Source: Felis catus
Lineage: Eukaryota
Assembly (NCBI RefSeq): GCF_018350175.1
Contig: NC_058368.1
Coordinates: forward strand, 114,392,001-114,456,000
Direction: 5' to 3'
Length of the DNA: 64,000 nucleotides
Within the stretch, counting starts at the first letter, position 1. Every line of letters starts with the position of its first letter. The notes below the pieces were generated by a model, which worked only from the letters and a program-made list of their open reading frames with translations, did no database searches and was not told the DNA's origin. Shown piece by piece: positions 1-35,100 of the stretch. A program made the translations under genes and the position numbers.

Positions 1-733
1 CCACAATGAGATACCACCTTACACCTGTCAGACTGGCTAACATTAACAACTCAGGCAACAACAGATGTTGGCAAGGATGCGGAGAAAGAGGATCTCTTTT
101 GCACTGCTGGTGGGAATGCAAACTGGTGCAGCCACTCTGGAAAACAGTATGAAGCTTCCTCAAAAAATTAAAAACAAAACTACCCTACGACCCCAGCAGC
201 TGTACTACTAGGTATTACTCAAGGGATACAGGTATGCTGTTTCAAAGGGCCACATGCACCCAATGTTTATAGCAACACTATCAGCAATAGCCGAAGTGTG
301 GAAATAATCCAAATGTTCACCAATGGATGAATGGATAAGGAAGATGTGGTATATATACACAATGGAGTATTACTCGGCAATCAAAAAGAATGAAATCTTG
401 CCATTTGCAACTATGTAGATGGAATAGAGGGTATTATGCTAAGTGAAATTAGTCACAGAAAGAATATATGACTTCACTCATATGAGGAATTTAAGATACA
501 AAACAGATGGAACATAAGGGAAGGGAAGCAAGAAGAATATAAAAACAGGGGAGGGACAAAACATAAGAGACTCTTAAACATAGAGAATAAACAGAGGGTT
601 GCCGGAGGAGTTGTGGGAGGGGGGAAGGGCTAAATGGGTAAGGGGCATTAAGAAATGTACTCCTGAAATCATTGTTGCACTATATGCTAACTAACTTGGA
701 TGTAACTTAAAAAAAAAAAAAAAAAAAAAAAAA
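1..733 (+). mobile_element. LINE-1 3' fragment (end of ORF2, 3'UTR, poly-A), carnivore type
   Basis: Typical L1 ORF2 end (acaatgagataccacctt, tggataaggaagatgtgg, gaatgaaatcttgccatttgc), then 3'UTR and an A tail at ~709-733. Confidence 0.92.
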
Positions 734-1032
734 GAATCTGGCTTAGATCTAGTTCTGTTATTCACTGTTGATCACTCCCAAGTCATGAGCACCTCTGAGC
801 CTTACTTTCCTTATTTAGAGAATGAAGTAGTCTGTCTCCAAACGTCCTTTCCTGATCTTTTACACTATTTATACACTAGTTTATGACAGCATTTTAGGTG
901 AACTATGCTATAAAAATCCAAAATAGTGCTATCAACCAATGTGTGTAAATAAACATTTGGAGTAGCATCTTTGCCTTAGCATACCTACAAATGCTTGAAT
1001 GAATATAGCATTCTTTTCAAAGTTTCATTCCA

Positions 1033-2059
1033 GGGGCGCCTGGGTAGCTCAATCAGTTAAGCATCCAAATCTTGATTTCGGCTCAGGTCAGGATCCCACA
1101 ATACATGAGATCAAGCCCCACATTGGGCTTTGTGCTGACAGCACAGATCCTGCTTGACATTCTCTCTCTCTCTCTCTCTCTCTCTGTCCCCCAACTCAAA
1201 ATAAATAAACTTAAAAAAAATAAATTTAAAGTTTTGTTCCAAAAGAGCAGTATCAAACAGTATCAAAGACTAATATAAGATGAATGGATATTACTTAAAA
1301 ATCAATGCTGAAAAAGAAAACAGCCTATTATTTATCCTTTGTTCCCTGCATTCCTTCTCAAATGAAGACCAAACTTACCGTAACTTTACAAACTTGTTCA
1401 GCTGTAAAATGTATCTTGAGTTTATAAGTAATGTAAATGAAATAAAGAAGTAATCAGGGTGCCTGGCTGACTCAGTTGGCAGAACATACATCTCTTGATC
1501 TCGGGGCTGTAAGTGCAAGCCCAATGGTGGGTGTAGAGATTACTTAAAAATAAAATCTTGGGGCGCCTGGGTGGCTCAGTCGGTTAAGCGGCCGACTTCG
1601 GCTCAGGTCATGATCTCGCGGTCCGTGAGTTCGAGCCCCGCGTCGGGCTCTGTGCTGACAGTTCAGAGCCTGAAGCCTGTTTCAGATTCTGTGTCTCCCT
1701 CTCTCTGACCCTCCCCCATTCATGCTCTGTCTCTCTGTCTCAAAAATAAATAAACGTTAAAAAAATAATAATAATAAAATAAAATAAAATAAAAATAAAA
1801 TAAAATAAAATAAAATAAAATAAAATAAAATAAAATAAAATAAAATAAAATAAAATAAAATAAAATAAAATAAAATAAAATAAAATAAAATCTTTATGGG
1901 CCGCCTGGGTGGCTCAGTTGGTTAAGTGTCTGACTTCAGCTCAGGTCATGATCTGGCAGTTCATGGGTTTGAGCCCAGTGTTGGGTTGTGTGCTGACAGC
2001 TTAGAGCCTGGAGCCTGCTTCAGATTCTGTGTCTCCTGCTCTCTCTGCCCCTCCCCCAC

Positions 2060-2110
<51 letters not shown>

Positions 2111-2150
2111 AAAATAAACCGTTAAAAAATATATTTAAAAAGTAAAATCT
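1033..2150 (+). mobile_element. Cluster of four Can-SINEs (~1033-1225, short form 1457-1559, 1560-1890, 1898-2130)
   Basis: tRNA-derived heads, (CT)n and A tails. The third copy is flanked by aaaataaaatctt. Confidence 0.9.
1775..1890 (+). repeat. (TAAAA)n microsatellite derived from a SINE tail
   Basis: More than 20 near-perfect pentamer units. Confidence 0.95.
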
Positions 2151-2272
2151 TTAAAAAAAGAAAGAGAGAGAGAGAGAAAGAGAGAGGAAGGAAGGAACTA
2201 ATAAATGGGAAATGAAAGTATGAAAAGACAGATATAAAAGCAACCAACCTTTTTCGACCCTTTTTCACTGAC

Positions 2273-5200
2273 CTTTTCACCACATCCTTGTATCCCGGGG
2301 CCTGCCTTTCTGATACAGGCTTCAGAAAAGGACTGCTGAACCTGTAAAGGGACAAACTCTGACAGGATGAAGAAACCCTGGAAAGTCACTCTAAATGAGA
2401 AGAGTGGCTGTGAATGTCAAGAGTGGTGTGGAGACCTACCTGTGACTGGCAATCATCTTCCAGACTGGCAAGAGAGTCTTCTTAAATAGCAGGTGATCCT
2501 GAACAGGGTCACTCTGGCCTAGATCAGACCTATGGGATAAAACAGGACAGAAAGGAAACAGTAACTTCACAAATGGTATTCTGTCTCTCCCAGGTGGGTA
2601 ATGAGATTTTCTTAATACATAGCACTTCTAGTTAATATCTGAAGGGAGTAACACCATAGGAGTAAAAACATATTTAATGCTTCCATAAGAGACCCCAAAC
2701 TCTATAAATATTCTCTTAATAATCACTATTAACCAAAAGTAATATCAAGTTTTATATTTCAAGTTAAGAGAAGCTGCTTTAGTATTTTTGAAAGAAGATT
2801 TTGAGTATTAGACTTGAGGGGCAACTTGACTGAGCCAGGTTTCCTGAATAAATAAAAATAGTAATTAGAGAGAAAAGTTATTTATGAAAGAGATTCTCAA
2901 TGTTGATGAAACAGTTTTTTTTAAGTAGGCTCTACACCCAATGTGGGGCTCAAATTCACGACCCCAAGATCAAGAGTTGCATACTCTACTGACTGAGCCA
3001 GCCAGGCACCTGGAACAGATTTGTTTTATAAGAGGAAAACATACAGACTTCTTTTTGCACAATAAAATTATATTTAAATCTACTTCTAGTGTTTTGCAAT
3101 TCTAATTTCCTTTAATTTATAAAAGTAATCCATGTTCATGGTAACAAATTCAAAAAGGCATAAATAGGGGCCCCTGGGTGACTCAGTCGGTTAAGCATCC
3201 ATCCGACTTCGGCTTGGGTCATGATCTCACAGGTCGTGAGTTTGAGCCCTGCGTCGGGCTCTGTGCTGACAGCTCAGAGCCTGGAGCCTGCTTCACATTC
3301 TATGTGTCCCTCTCTCTCTGCCCCTTCCCTGCTCATGCTGTGTCTCTCTGTGTCTCAAAAATAAATAAACACTAAAAAAAAAAAAAAACAAACAAAAAAC
3401 AAATAGGCATAAATAAAAGTCTGAATCTTAACAACCTTGGATAAAAATCCATACTTACGACTTTGAGGAGGTAGCACGGCTGAAAAGGATATCCACCAAA
3501 GGAGTCTCCTGAATGCTGAAGTCATCATCACACTCACCTGAACAGGGCTGGTCTTCCAACTCTGACACATACCCTTCACCCTTGTCCTCCTCTTTGGATT
3601 CTTGCTGAACCTTCCCCTGAGAATGCCAGGCAACAAAGGAAACTTTACAAAGAGATTTACTATCTGCAAGGTAATTCTACCTGCACGGGGTAAGTGAAAT
3701 CTGACCTTAAGATGAGAAGAGTCAATTATATAAAGCTATAAAAGAAATCAGAGAAAGGTGACTTAACTAGACCTACATCAATGATTTCTTGCTAACAATA
3801 TGTCTGGAGAACTGTGATTCCATACCCCAAGAAAAAAAAATGAAAAAGCAATATACTAATTGCTAGATGGATGCTGTATTCTTTTAAAACTGTCAGCATG
3901 ACATGTGGACCTTAAGTTAACTAGTCTAGCGGATCGGACAATATTAACGACAATGGCATTCTAAATTTTATTCATTGCTTACTATGAGCCAAGTACTAAG
4001 CTAAGAGCTTTACACGAAATGTCTCATTTAGATTTCATAGCAAACCTAAGGTAGAGAAAGCACCATTATTCCATTTACAGCAGAAAAAGCTGAGGTTCTA
4101 AGATGTTCACTGACACACCCAAGGTCACACAGCTAACTGGTGCTAAAACCAGGATTTGAGCCCAGGTAGCTAACTCACTGGAGATAACCTATATGCAGTA
4201 ACCACTCTGTTCTGCCTCCCTGGACAGAGGACCAATCAGTCAGATGATTTAAGTTATCCACTTACTTCTTCACTCTCTGTGTGTAGTTGCTGAATTGCAC
4301 AAACATCTGAGGGAGCTGGAGCCACCTCTGGCCTTCCATCTTCTCCCAGTGACTTCTTAGCTACTAAGGTGTCTACCCAGGCTGAAAGCTGTCCGGGCTC
4401 TCTACATGGTTCTTCTCCTTCAGTAGCTTCAATTTCCCTTCCCTCCTGTTGTTTGGCACCAGACGAAAGGCAGCAACCTTCACTTGATTCTTTGCTGCTA
4501 ATGCACAGTGGCTCCATTAAATAAGCTACCTGCAATCATAGTTTATTATTAGATGCATAGGAACACCAATAGAAACGATCATCTACATATTAATAATGTT
4601 ACATGATTATACTGTGAATGTGACTAAGTTTGAGATGGAAATGGATTAATTCATTCATTCCATCATTTAAAATGTATAAAATATCGGGGCACCTGGGTGG
4701 CTCAGTTGGCTGTGTCCAACTTCAGCTCAGGTCATGATCTCGCAGTTTGTTGGTTTAAGCCCCGCATCAGGCTGTGCTGACAGCTCACAGCCTGGAGCCT
4801 GCCTCAGTTACTGTCTCTCTATCTCTCACTGTCCCTCCTCTGCTTGTGCTCTCAAAATAAATAAATAAACATTAAAAAAATAATAAAATGGGGGCGCCTG
4901 GGTGGCTCAGTCGGTTGAGCATCCAACTTCAGCTCAGGTCATGATCTCATAGTTTGTGGGTTTGAGCCCCATGCCAGGCTCTGTGCTGACAGCTCAGAGC
5001 CTGAAGCCTGCTTTGGATTCTGTGTCTTACTCTCTCTCTGTCTCTTCTCCACTCACACTGTGTGTCTTTCTCAAAAATAAATAAACATTAAAAAAATTTT
5101 TTTAAATAAAATGTATAAAATATCTCATATACACAGACACTGGACTAGTTGCTAGGCACCTAACAGTAAACAAGATAGATATCGTTCTTGCCTCTTCAAG

Positions 5201-6079
5201 AAGCTTGCGTTCTCATTGTTCACGTTGTGTCAACCGTGATCAATTGGGAGTGGCAGTCTAGAAAAATGCTGAAAATTTTTATCCACCATGGACAATCCAG
5301 ATAGAAGGAACACAACACAGGAGTTGGATTCTTGCTGATCTTTACCTAGGTTGTCCTGAATGTGTGAAGTTGCCACACAGACTCTGTCCAATTTAGTTTA
5401 TTGCTGGTGGTAAACCTTAACCAAGGTAATAAGGACACTGCAAAATACTGCCTTCAAGTCACATTATAAGCTTCAAAAAGAGTCTGGGCATTGCCTCCCA
5501 TAACTCAGAAAAACAAACTGCAATGCTATTCATAAGGTAGTCCTACACAGAGAAATCCCACTTCCTATGACCTTGGGCTTCTAATACCCGGAATCTTAGA
5601 ACATTCAGCCAAAAAGTACGTATTTGGCACACGTTTTGTATTAGCACCAAGTGCTAGAGACATAGCCATTAACTTAGTTCTTGCCACTATGGAGCTTTTG
5701 TTTTAGTCAACAATATCAAAAGTGGTAGAAATGTGTATGGGTAAGCATTCTCTTAGAAACTTGGGACTTCCAAACTTTGGAAACAATGGCTCCCCATTAC
5801 CTCAGAAAGAAAGTGGAGCAGATTCTGGCAGCTGACTTGCTCTGCCTCTTCCTGAGATTCCTCACTGCTTCCGTCCCCCACAAGCAGCTCACTAGGTTCT
5901 CTCCCTGGGCTGCTTTCCTCTAGTTCCTCAGCCCCTGGCTCCTCTGTTTCTCTCCAGCTTCCCACATCAAGATCCAGACTGGAATCCCATGAGCTGAAGA
6001 GGGACCTGCAGTCGTTGCTCAGCTCAGAGTCATTGGGATAGTCTTGCTCTGAATCCAACCAAACCCACTCATGCCCCAT
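2273..6079 (-). CDS. BRD8: BRD8 long-isoform 3' exons / second bromodomain module (partial, continues beyond the left edge)
   Basis: Exons 6079-5801 (MGHEWVWLDSEQD...), 4529-4266 (VAYLMEPLCISS...), 3616-3459 (GKVQQESKEEDKGEGYVSE...), 2529-2440 (...KKTLLPVWKMIASHR), 2341-2273 (FSSPFLKPVSERQAPGYKDVVKR). All GT-AG, and in frame with the phase-0 donor at 10830. I did not find the next bromodomain exon (PMDL...) in 1-2272. Confidence 0.93.
2915..5100. mobile_element. Can-SINEs at ~2915-3012 (-, short), 3167-3400 (+), 4686-4880 (+), 4890-5100 (+)
   Basis: Can-SINE head, body and tail. The span also contains BRD8 exons between the SINEs. Confidence 0.85.
3955..4215 (-). mobile_element. MIR SINE
   Basis: attccatttacagcagaaaaagctgaggttc...cccaaggtcacacagcta...ccaggatttgagcccagg is the MIR core. 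Similar cores lie at ~9500-9640, 19830-20000, 24170-24330, 33070-33200, 33930-34130, 47600-47820, 59940-60040 and 61190-61370. Confidence 0.75.
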
Positions 6080-6342
6080 CTGTAAATACACAGAAAAAAA
6101 ATGCATTAAATTCACTCACATCACTGTTTTCAAGACGTTTCCATCTCCAAAGTTCAGTAGAAAGATAAAGGATCAGAAATTTCTTTCTACTCACCATTAG
6201 AAAGAATAAAATCTAGCTGAAGGGAGACAGGAGAGGAAATCTTTGTCATTGGGAATAAAATGAAAAAGCCCCATGTCAAACAGTTAAAATAGTCTAACAA
6301 AGGTATTACCCAGTAATTCTTTCTTGGGTTTCCTTATACTCA

Positions 6343-6408
6343 GGAAGGAAGGAAGGAAGGAAGGAAGGAAGGAAGGAAGGAAGGAAGGAAGGAAGGAAGG
6401 AAGGAAGG
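6343..6408 (+). repeat. (GGAA)n microsatellite
   Basis: About 16 perfect GGAA units, ~265 bp upstream (minus sense) of the MGHEW exon. Confidence 0.95.
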
Positions 6409-7619
6409 GCGGGCATAGTTAGCTAGTTGAACAGAATTCCTCTATCCCAAATCACCCTTAAACTCAACTGGAAGGCAATCCATTTGAAAGACAAGAGATA
6501 CTTTGCTCAGTGTATAGGCATTTTAAATTTATCAACCATTAAATCCTCAAAACATCCTTTAAAATTACCTGAAGCACCCTCCAGATCATATTTATTGCTC
6601 ACTTCTCAGAATGAGAACTGCAATATCAAGTTTTAAAAATACCCTCCTTCTCACACGATCCTGGTTTTCTTACCCCTTTATCCTCCCTTTTACAAGTTTC
6701 AAGAAATCCTTGTCTTCTATATTGCTTGGCCTCTGCTTCCTCATGAATACTTCCTTAAAATAATGTCTGTATTTTAAGGTTTCAACTTTGATCAGATGAC
6801 TCCTATTCAAATGGCTCCTAAACCTCTACCTTTACTTATGTGTATTCTGGTCTCATTTTTCCATGCATCCAAAAGTCAATTCCCTTCAGGTGCTCTACCA
6901 CCTGCTTCAACTCAACATTTCTAAAACTCATTATCACTTCCTGAATATCTCCAAAATCATTTGCTCTCCCCAATTACCTTATGCCCACCATCAACGCTAT
7001 TTACTTAATCCTCTTTCCTTCTCTGGTATTCAGTAAGCAAGCCCACTTCCCCATTTTCATCCACTATTTTTCTCAAAGTTCATCCTCTGTTCCGGAATAA
7101 ATGTCATAGCCTCGTGGTCAGTGTCTTGATCTTTAATCTAATCTGCTCTGCCAAGCTCACCCATCACCTTCTCTGCCAAGCCAAAGTCTATGTCCTTTAA
7201 CAGATCTCCTCCACAGTCCTCTCCAATTTTTAGGGCCTCACTGCTTGTATCACATGCAAGTTTGTAGACTGCTTTGAGAATATACTACAGTTACTTAATC
7301 TTCTAACTCCTGGATTGACTTAACTCTTTTCTATCACTTCACAGGAACATATCTTCTACTTCTTGAGCATCATAACAAGCTATATAGTTCAAGCCATAAA
7401 GATCCGCAACTTCCAATAACTTTCTTAAACACATCTTTCTTAAGGAGGTTCTACATTCTAGACAATACCCTATGTCTATTTCTTTTTTATTGACCTATTT
7501 CTTTATAATAAGGCTCATAACTATTTCGTTTCAGTTATTTAGTAACAAAATTTAGAATAAACTTAGATGATAAATTTGTTAACTCTTACATGGATTTTAG
7601 CCTTCAGATAACAATGAAT

Positions 7620-7826
7620 TTATTATTTTTATTTTTTTGAAGTTTAGTTTTTGAGAGACAGAGCATGAGTGGGGGAGGTGCAGAGAGAGGGGGACACAGA
7701 ACCTAAAGTAGGCTCCAGGCTCTGAGCTGTCAGCACAGAGCACGATGCGGAGCTCAAACTCAAGAACCGCGGGATCGTGAGCCGAGCCAGTCAGATGCTT
7801 ACCCGACTGAGCCACCCAAGCAACCC
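7620..7826 (-). mobile_element. Can-SINE
   Basis: Reverse-complement SINE flanked by the direct repeat aacaatgaatttta. Confidence 0.9.
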
Positions 7827-8277
7827 AACAATGAATTTTAAACTACACATAAACCCTACATATAGAAATAGGAAGGAAATAGTATAATGTCCTAAAAATA
7901 TCATCTGCAAAGACAGTACACTAGGTAGAACCGATGTCTGAGAAAAAGGTCAGTACGACCTATGTCCATGCTCTAATCTTCAAAAGCAATGCCATGAACA
8001 GAACACTGAGAACTTTGTTTTCCCAAACATTCAAGAAAAGCTTAATAAGATTATCCTCATTGCATGATGCAACACTTTAAAACATTATTTCTAAATTCAG
8101 TCTTGGTTACTTACCTTCTCCAAGCAGTTGAACAGCTCATATTTATAATACCACTCCCCCTGCAATAATCTCGTTTCCAGAGATGATAAAACAATTATCA
8201 TGCAGAAAAAAACCCCACAAGTTTCTCATTCGCATACACAGAGAGAACACACCAAAGACTAGGCTTTTCTTTCAGAG

Positions 8278-8283
8278 TTTATT
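8278..8283 (-). terminator. Polyadenylation signal of the BRD8 short isoform
   Basis: AATAAA on the minus strand (tttatt on +), about 320 nt after the TGA at 8602-8604. Confidence 0.75.
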
Positions 8284-8601
8284 GTGTATTGTGTACACAC
8301 ACATTTCACAGGTGTTTTTCTGTTTTTGTTTTTTTAAAAAGTCTGTACACTTCACAAGACAGTACAAACTAGCTACAATCTGCTAGCTACACATTAGGAC
8401 ATTAACACAGCCCATGATTTTTGCCCTAAAACAGGCAACTGTGCTACTCCAACTCTCTGAGAGAGATTTCCCCAGCTCATGTCACATGGCCCAGATGCCT
8501 CCTCTTCTGTAACTTCCACTTCTGGAACTGGGCCCACAAGCCCAAGCTCTATCTTGTTTACTTCTACTTCAGGTTCAGCTCAGTGAGGGTACTCTGAAGC
8601 T

Positions 8602-31142
<22,541 letters not shown>

Positions 31143-31536
31143 CTTGGCCCCGAAGACTCCAACCCCCTCTCAGGGAGGACTGCCTGGTGGGGCTTAAACC
31201 CGGGAACTCTGGGAAATAGAGTCCCGACGCTTGTTCGCGATGCCTCCTGGGAAGCGTAGTCCCAACCTTCAGGACGAGCAAGCTCCCTAAACCAGGTTTT
31301 TTGAGCGATCTTAGGAAGCAATGTGCTAAAAAGGATGGCTCTGAAGCCTCAGAATTTCCTTTAAGTTTCTTAGAAAAGAAACGCGTGTATCCAAGGAAAA
31401 GTGTTAAGCGCGAAAAATTCTAGACTTTCCCAAATCCAAACTCCGACAGTTGGTAACCCGGACCCGCATGAGCAGGGTAGAGGTCAGACCAGAGCAAACG
31501 GTCTAAAAGGCTCCACCGCCCCCTTTGCTTGCGCTG

Positions 31537-31595
31537 ATTGGCAGCTGCAGGCTCCGCTATCTGATTGGCCGAACGAACGCAGCGCGTAATTTAAA
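31537..31595 (+). promoter_or_regulatory. G2/M-type CCAAT + CDE/CHR module of KIF20A
   Basis: Two ATTGG boxes (31537-31541, 31564-31568), then GC-rich CAGCGC (31580-31585), a 4-nt spacer and the CHR-type hexamer TTTAAA (31590-31595). This is the layout known for DREAM/MMB-FOXM1-regulated mitotic genes. Confidence 0.7.
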
Positions 31596-31619
31596 ACATT
31601 GTATCAGTAACAAAGGTGC

Positions 31620-31720
31620 ACCTCGTGGGTGGAGTTGTGCTCTCAGACTGCGAAAGTCCAGGTTCGGCTGCGGGGTGTGAGTGAGCCGGTACCGGAGGAG
31701 AAGCGAGTGTCGCGTCTTTG
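31620..31720 (+). other. KIF20A: KIF20A non-coding exon 1 (5' end approximate)
   Basis: Donor TTG|gtgagt at 31720/31721 just downstream of the CHR. The next acceptor is ttgtag at 32174, 21 nt before the ATG. Confidence 0.65.
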
Positions 31721-32195
31721 GTGAGTTTGCGGGTCTCCTGGAGTCCAGCGGCTGTACGAGTTCTTGCCCTCCCGGGATAGGTTTTCAGAAAGCGAAGCTG
31801 CCGCCATCCCTTTTTTTCTTTATACGTCTGTCCTGTCTTGGGGCCTGGGGGCGGGCTTCGAGAAGAAGCCTAAAGCTAATTATACCACCTTCTCTACACC
31901 GGTGGGTGAGGCACCCTAATTAGAGTGGGGATTTTGCTTTTGGAGTGAGGTATCTGTTCATTCCTCCTGGCGGTCGGAAATGCCTAAGACTGGATTACAT
32001 AATTAACCCGTCTCATCCCCTTCTTCTCTTCTGGCATTTGAAGGGAAAAGGGAGTAGGAATTCAGGCAGCGAGAGGAAGGTGTCCTGGGGCAAGAAAATT
32101 GTTTCTTAGCTAGAATTTGCAGCCCCTTGTGTCCTTTAAGGTTCTCCTCCCTACCCACTCTTGTCTCTTTGTAGACCTAAGCTGCCCCTGCTGTC

Positions 32196-35100
32196 ATGTC
32201 GCAAGGGATCCTTTCTCCGCCAGCCGGCTTGCTGTCAGATGAGGAAGTTGTAGTCTCCCCCATGTTTGAGTCCACAGCTGCAGATTTAGGGTCTGTGGTA
32301 CGCAAGGACCTGATAACAGACTGTTCTGTCATCTCCACCTCCCTGGAGGATAAGCAGCAGGTAAAGGAGTTGGACAGTGGCTTGGCAGCAGAAAGTGATA
32401 TCTTCAGCCTACTAGTTGTCCATACAGAATTAGTTTCAGGGCAAAGACCAATAATCCTGAGGGTCTGGGAGATGAATTCCAAATTAAGATCATGACAAGT
32501 AAAAAATGTAAATTTGTGTGTCCATAGGAAGAAACATTATTTACATTGTACAAATGAAACATTCTCAAGTGCATACTCAGTTAATCCTGTGAGAGAAGGC
32601 TAATAGTTCTCTCTTCTTCACTATGATGCCTAGATGTGTTAATTTACACAAGAGCATACTGCCCATTAAGTAAGGTTTTAATATCAACTGTAGCTTCCAT
32701 TTATGGAGGCTTTCTGCTAAACTGGGGTTTCTCAGCTGCAGCATTAGTGACATTTGTGGCCAGATAATTTGTTACAGGGGGCTGTCTTGTACCTTGGAAG
32801 ACGTTTAGCATCATACCTGGCCTCTACCCACTAGATGTCACTAGCTCCTTCCCACTTGTGACAACCAAGGAACTTACCCTGACATACCTCAATATCCCTT
32901 GGCAGGAAAGTGGCTCTGGTTGAGATCACTTCTACTGATAAGTCTCCTCTTTTATAGAGAAAGTTTCATGAGAGTAGGAGCCTTAAGAAAGTCCCTGACT
33001 CCAGACTACCAGTGCCTATTAAAGTTTGGGGGCCATAGTAGGCAGATCTCTAAATATCTGTTGAATGAATGAGGTGGGTTCTATTATTAACCCCATTCTA
33101 CAGATCAGGAAAAAGAGGCAGAGAGTCTAAAGAACTTGTTCAAGGTGTCATTGTTCTAAGTGATGGAATTGGGACTGAAATTTAGGTGTGTCTGCTTCCA
33201 GGGTGCTTACCTGTTGTGTTTTGCCAAAATACCACATGCTGATTTTCATACCAGTTAACCAGTTCTGATTCAGAATGTCACTGTGGCAAGCCAGGTTTCC
33301 AAGATACTAAAGATAGTGAAGGGCGATGAAGTAGTGAAAAAACACATGTGGATTGAAATGATTATAGAACTATAGAGTAGCTGTACAGAGACATTTGAGG
33401 TGAAATGGAGGTAGTGTTAGCATGATTCTCTGGAACTACTCTATGTTTGCCCATCTGTTTGGAAGTAACTGCTGATTCCAGCCTGGAATTCTACCACAGG
33501 TTCCATCTGAGGATAGTACAGAGAAGGTGAAAGTATACCTGAGGGTCAGGCCCTTGTTACCTTCAGAGTTGGAACGACAGGAAGATCAGGTGAGTTTCTG
33601 AGGAGGGAGGATTCAAGATGGAATGATGCAGAACAGAAGGGGTTCCCAGGATTATTTCCTTCTGTGACAACTGTTTTCTTCCCCCTTCTCAGGATTGTGT
33701 CCGTATTGAGAATGTGGAGACCCTTGTTCTACAGGCACCTAAGGACTCCTTTGCCCAAAAGAGCAGTGAGCGGGGAATTGGACAAGCCACACATAGATTC
33801 ACCTTTTCCCAGGTATGGAGGTACTGTTTATGAGCAAGGGACCAACATGTAGAGACAGCTTTATTCTCTCTTTAAAGGGAAGCTTTTTACTTGACTCTGA
33901 GTTCCTTATATATGCATGTCTACAATTTTGGGGACTCTTGTTATGTGCTAACCAGTGCATCAAGTACTTTATGTGCATTAATTCCCAACATTTCTATTAT
34001 TATTATTATTGTCCCTATTTTCCTGATAAGGATATTATAGCTCAGTGAAGGTTATGTTGTGGAAGCCATGTAGCTAGTCAGTGGTAGAGTTGGGACTTGC
34101 ACCTAGAGCTACCCATCCCCAAAGCCCACACTTGTGATCATTGTGTTACCCCATTGTGTTTGCAGCATCAGACTTAGTGGCTAGCATTCCTTACGTATTT
34201 GTTGATTTGGATGAAAGATGCACTGGAAGAGAGTGGTTTTAATCTTTAATGTTTGTAGAGCAGCTGGCAGCACTGTAGGAAGAAGTTGCTTAAGTAGTGT
34301 CCAGAGGCAGTCACCCAGGAAGGGATGCTTCTGCCTCTACACAGATGAGGGATGGGCGTCTGAGAAATTGGGTCTATCTCTAGATCTTCGGGCCAGAAGT
34401 GGGACAGGCATCTTTCTTCAACCTGACTGTCAAAGAGATGGTAAAGGATGTACTCAAAGGGCAGAACTGGCTCATCTATACATACGGAGTCACCAACTCA
34501 GGGAAAACCCACACAATTCAAGGTGAGTTAGTAGGCCTCACAGAATTGCTGATTGGCCTGTAATGGTGTTTTCTTTGCCTTTTGATGCTTTGAATTGGGG
34601 AATAGCACTTAGCTGTCCATTTTTCGCATGCTTCCAGGTACCATCAAGGATGGGGGAATCCTACCCCGGTCCCTGGCTCTGATCTTCAATAGCCTCCAAG
34701 GCCAACTTCATGCAACACCTGATCTGAAGCCCATATTCTCCAATGAGGTCATCTGGCTAGACAGTAAGCAGATTCGACAGGAGGAGATAAAGAAACTGGC
34801 CCTGCTAAATGGAGGCCTCCAAGAGGTGAAGTGTTGATGTTCACAGAGGTGGGGATAAGAGGATAAATCTCTGGAAAGTTTTGTGCTTATCTTTTTCCTG
34901 CACCCCTCCAGGAGGAGCTGTCCACCTCCTTGAAGAGGAGTGTCTACATTGAAGGACGGATGGGTACCAGTAGCAGCTTTGACAGTGGCATTGCTGGGCT
35001 CTCCTCCATCAGTCAAATGACAAGCAGTAGCCAACTGGATGGTATGTACCATGATTGAGCTTTGTGCCAAGTAACAGTAGAAACCCACTCCCTTGCTCCC

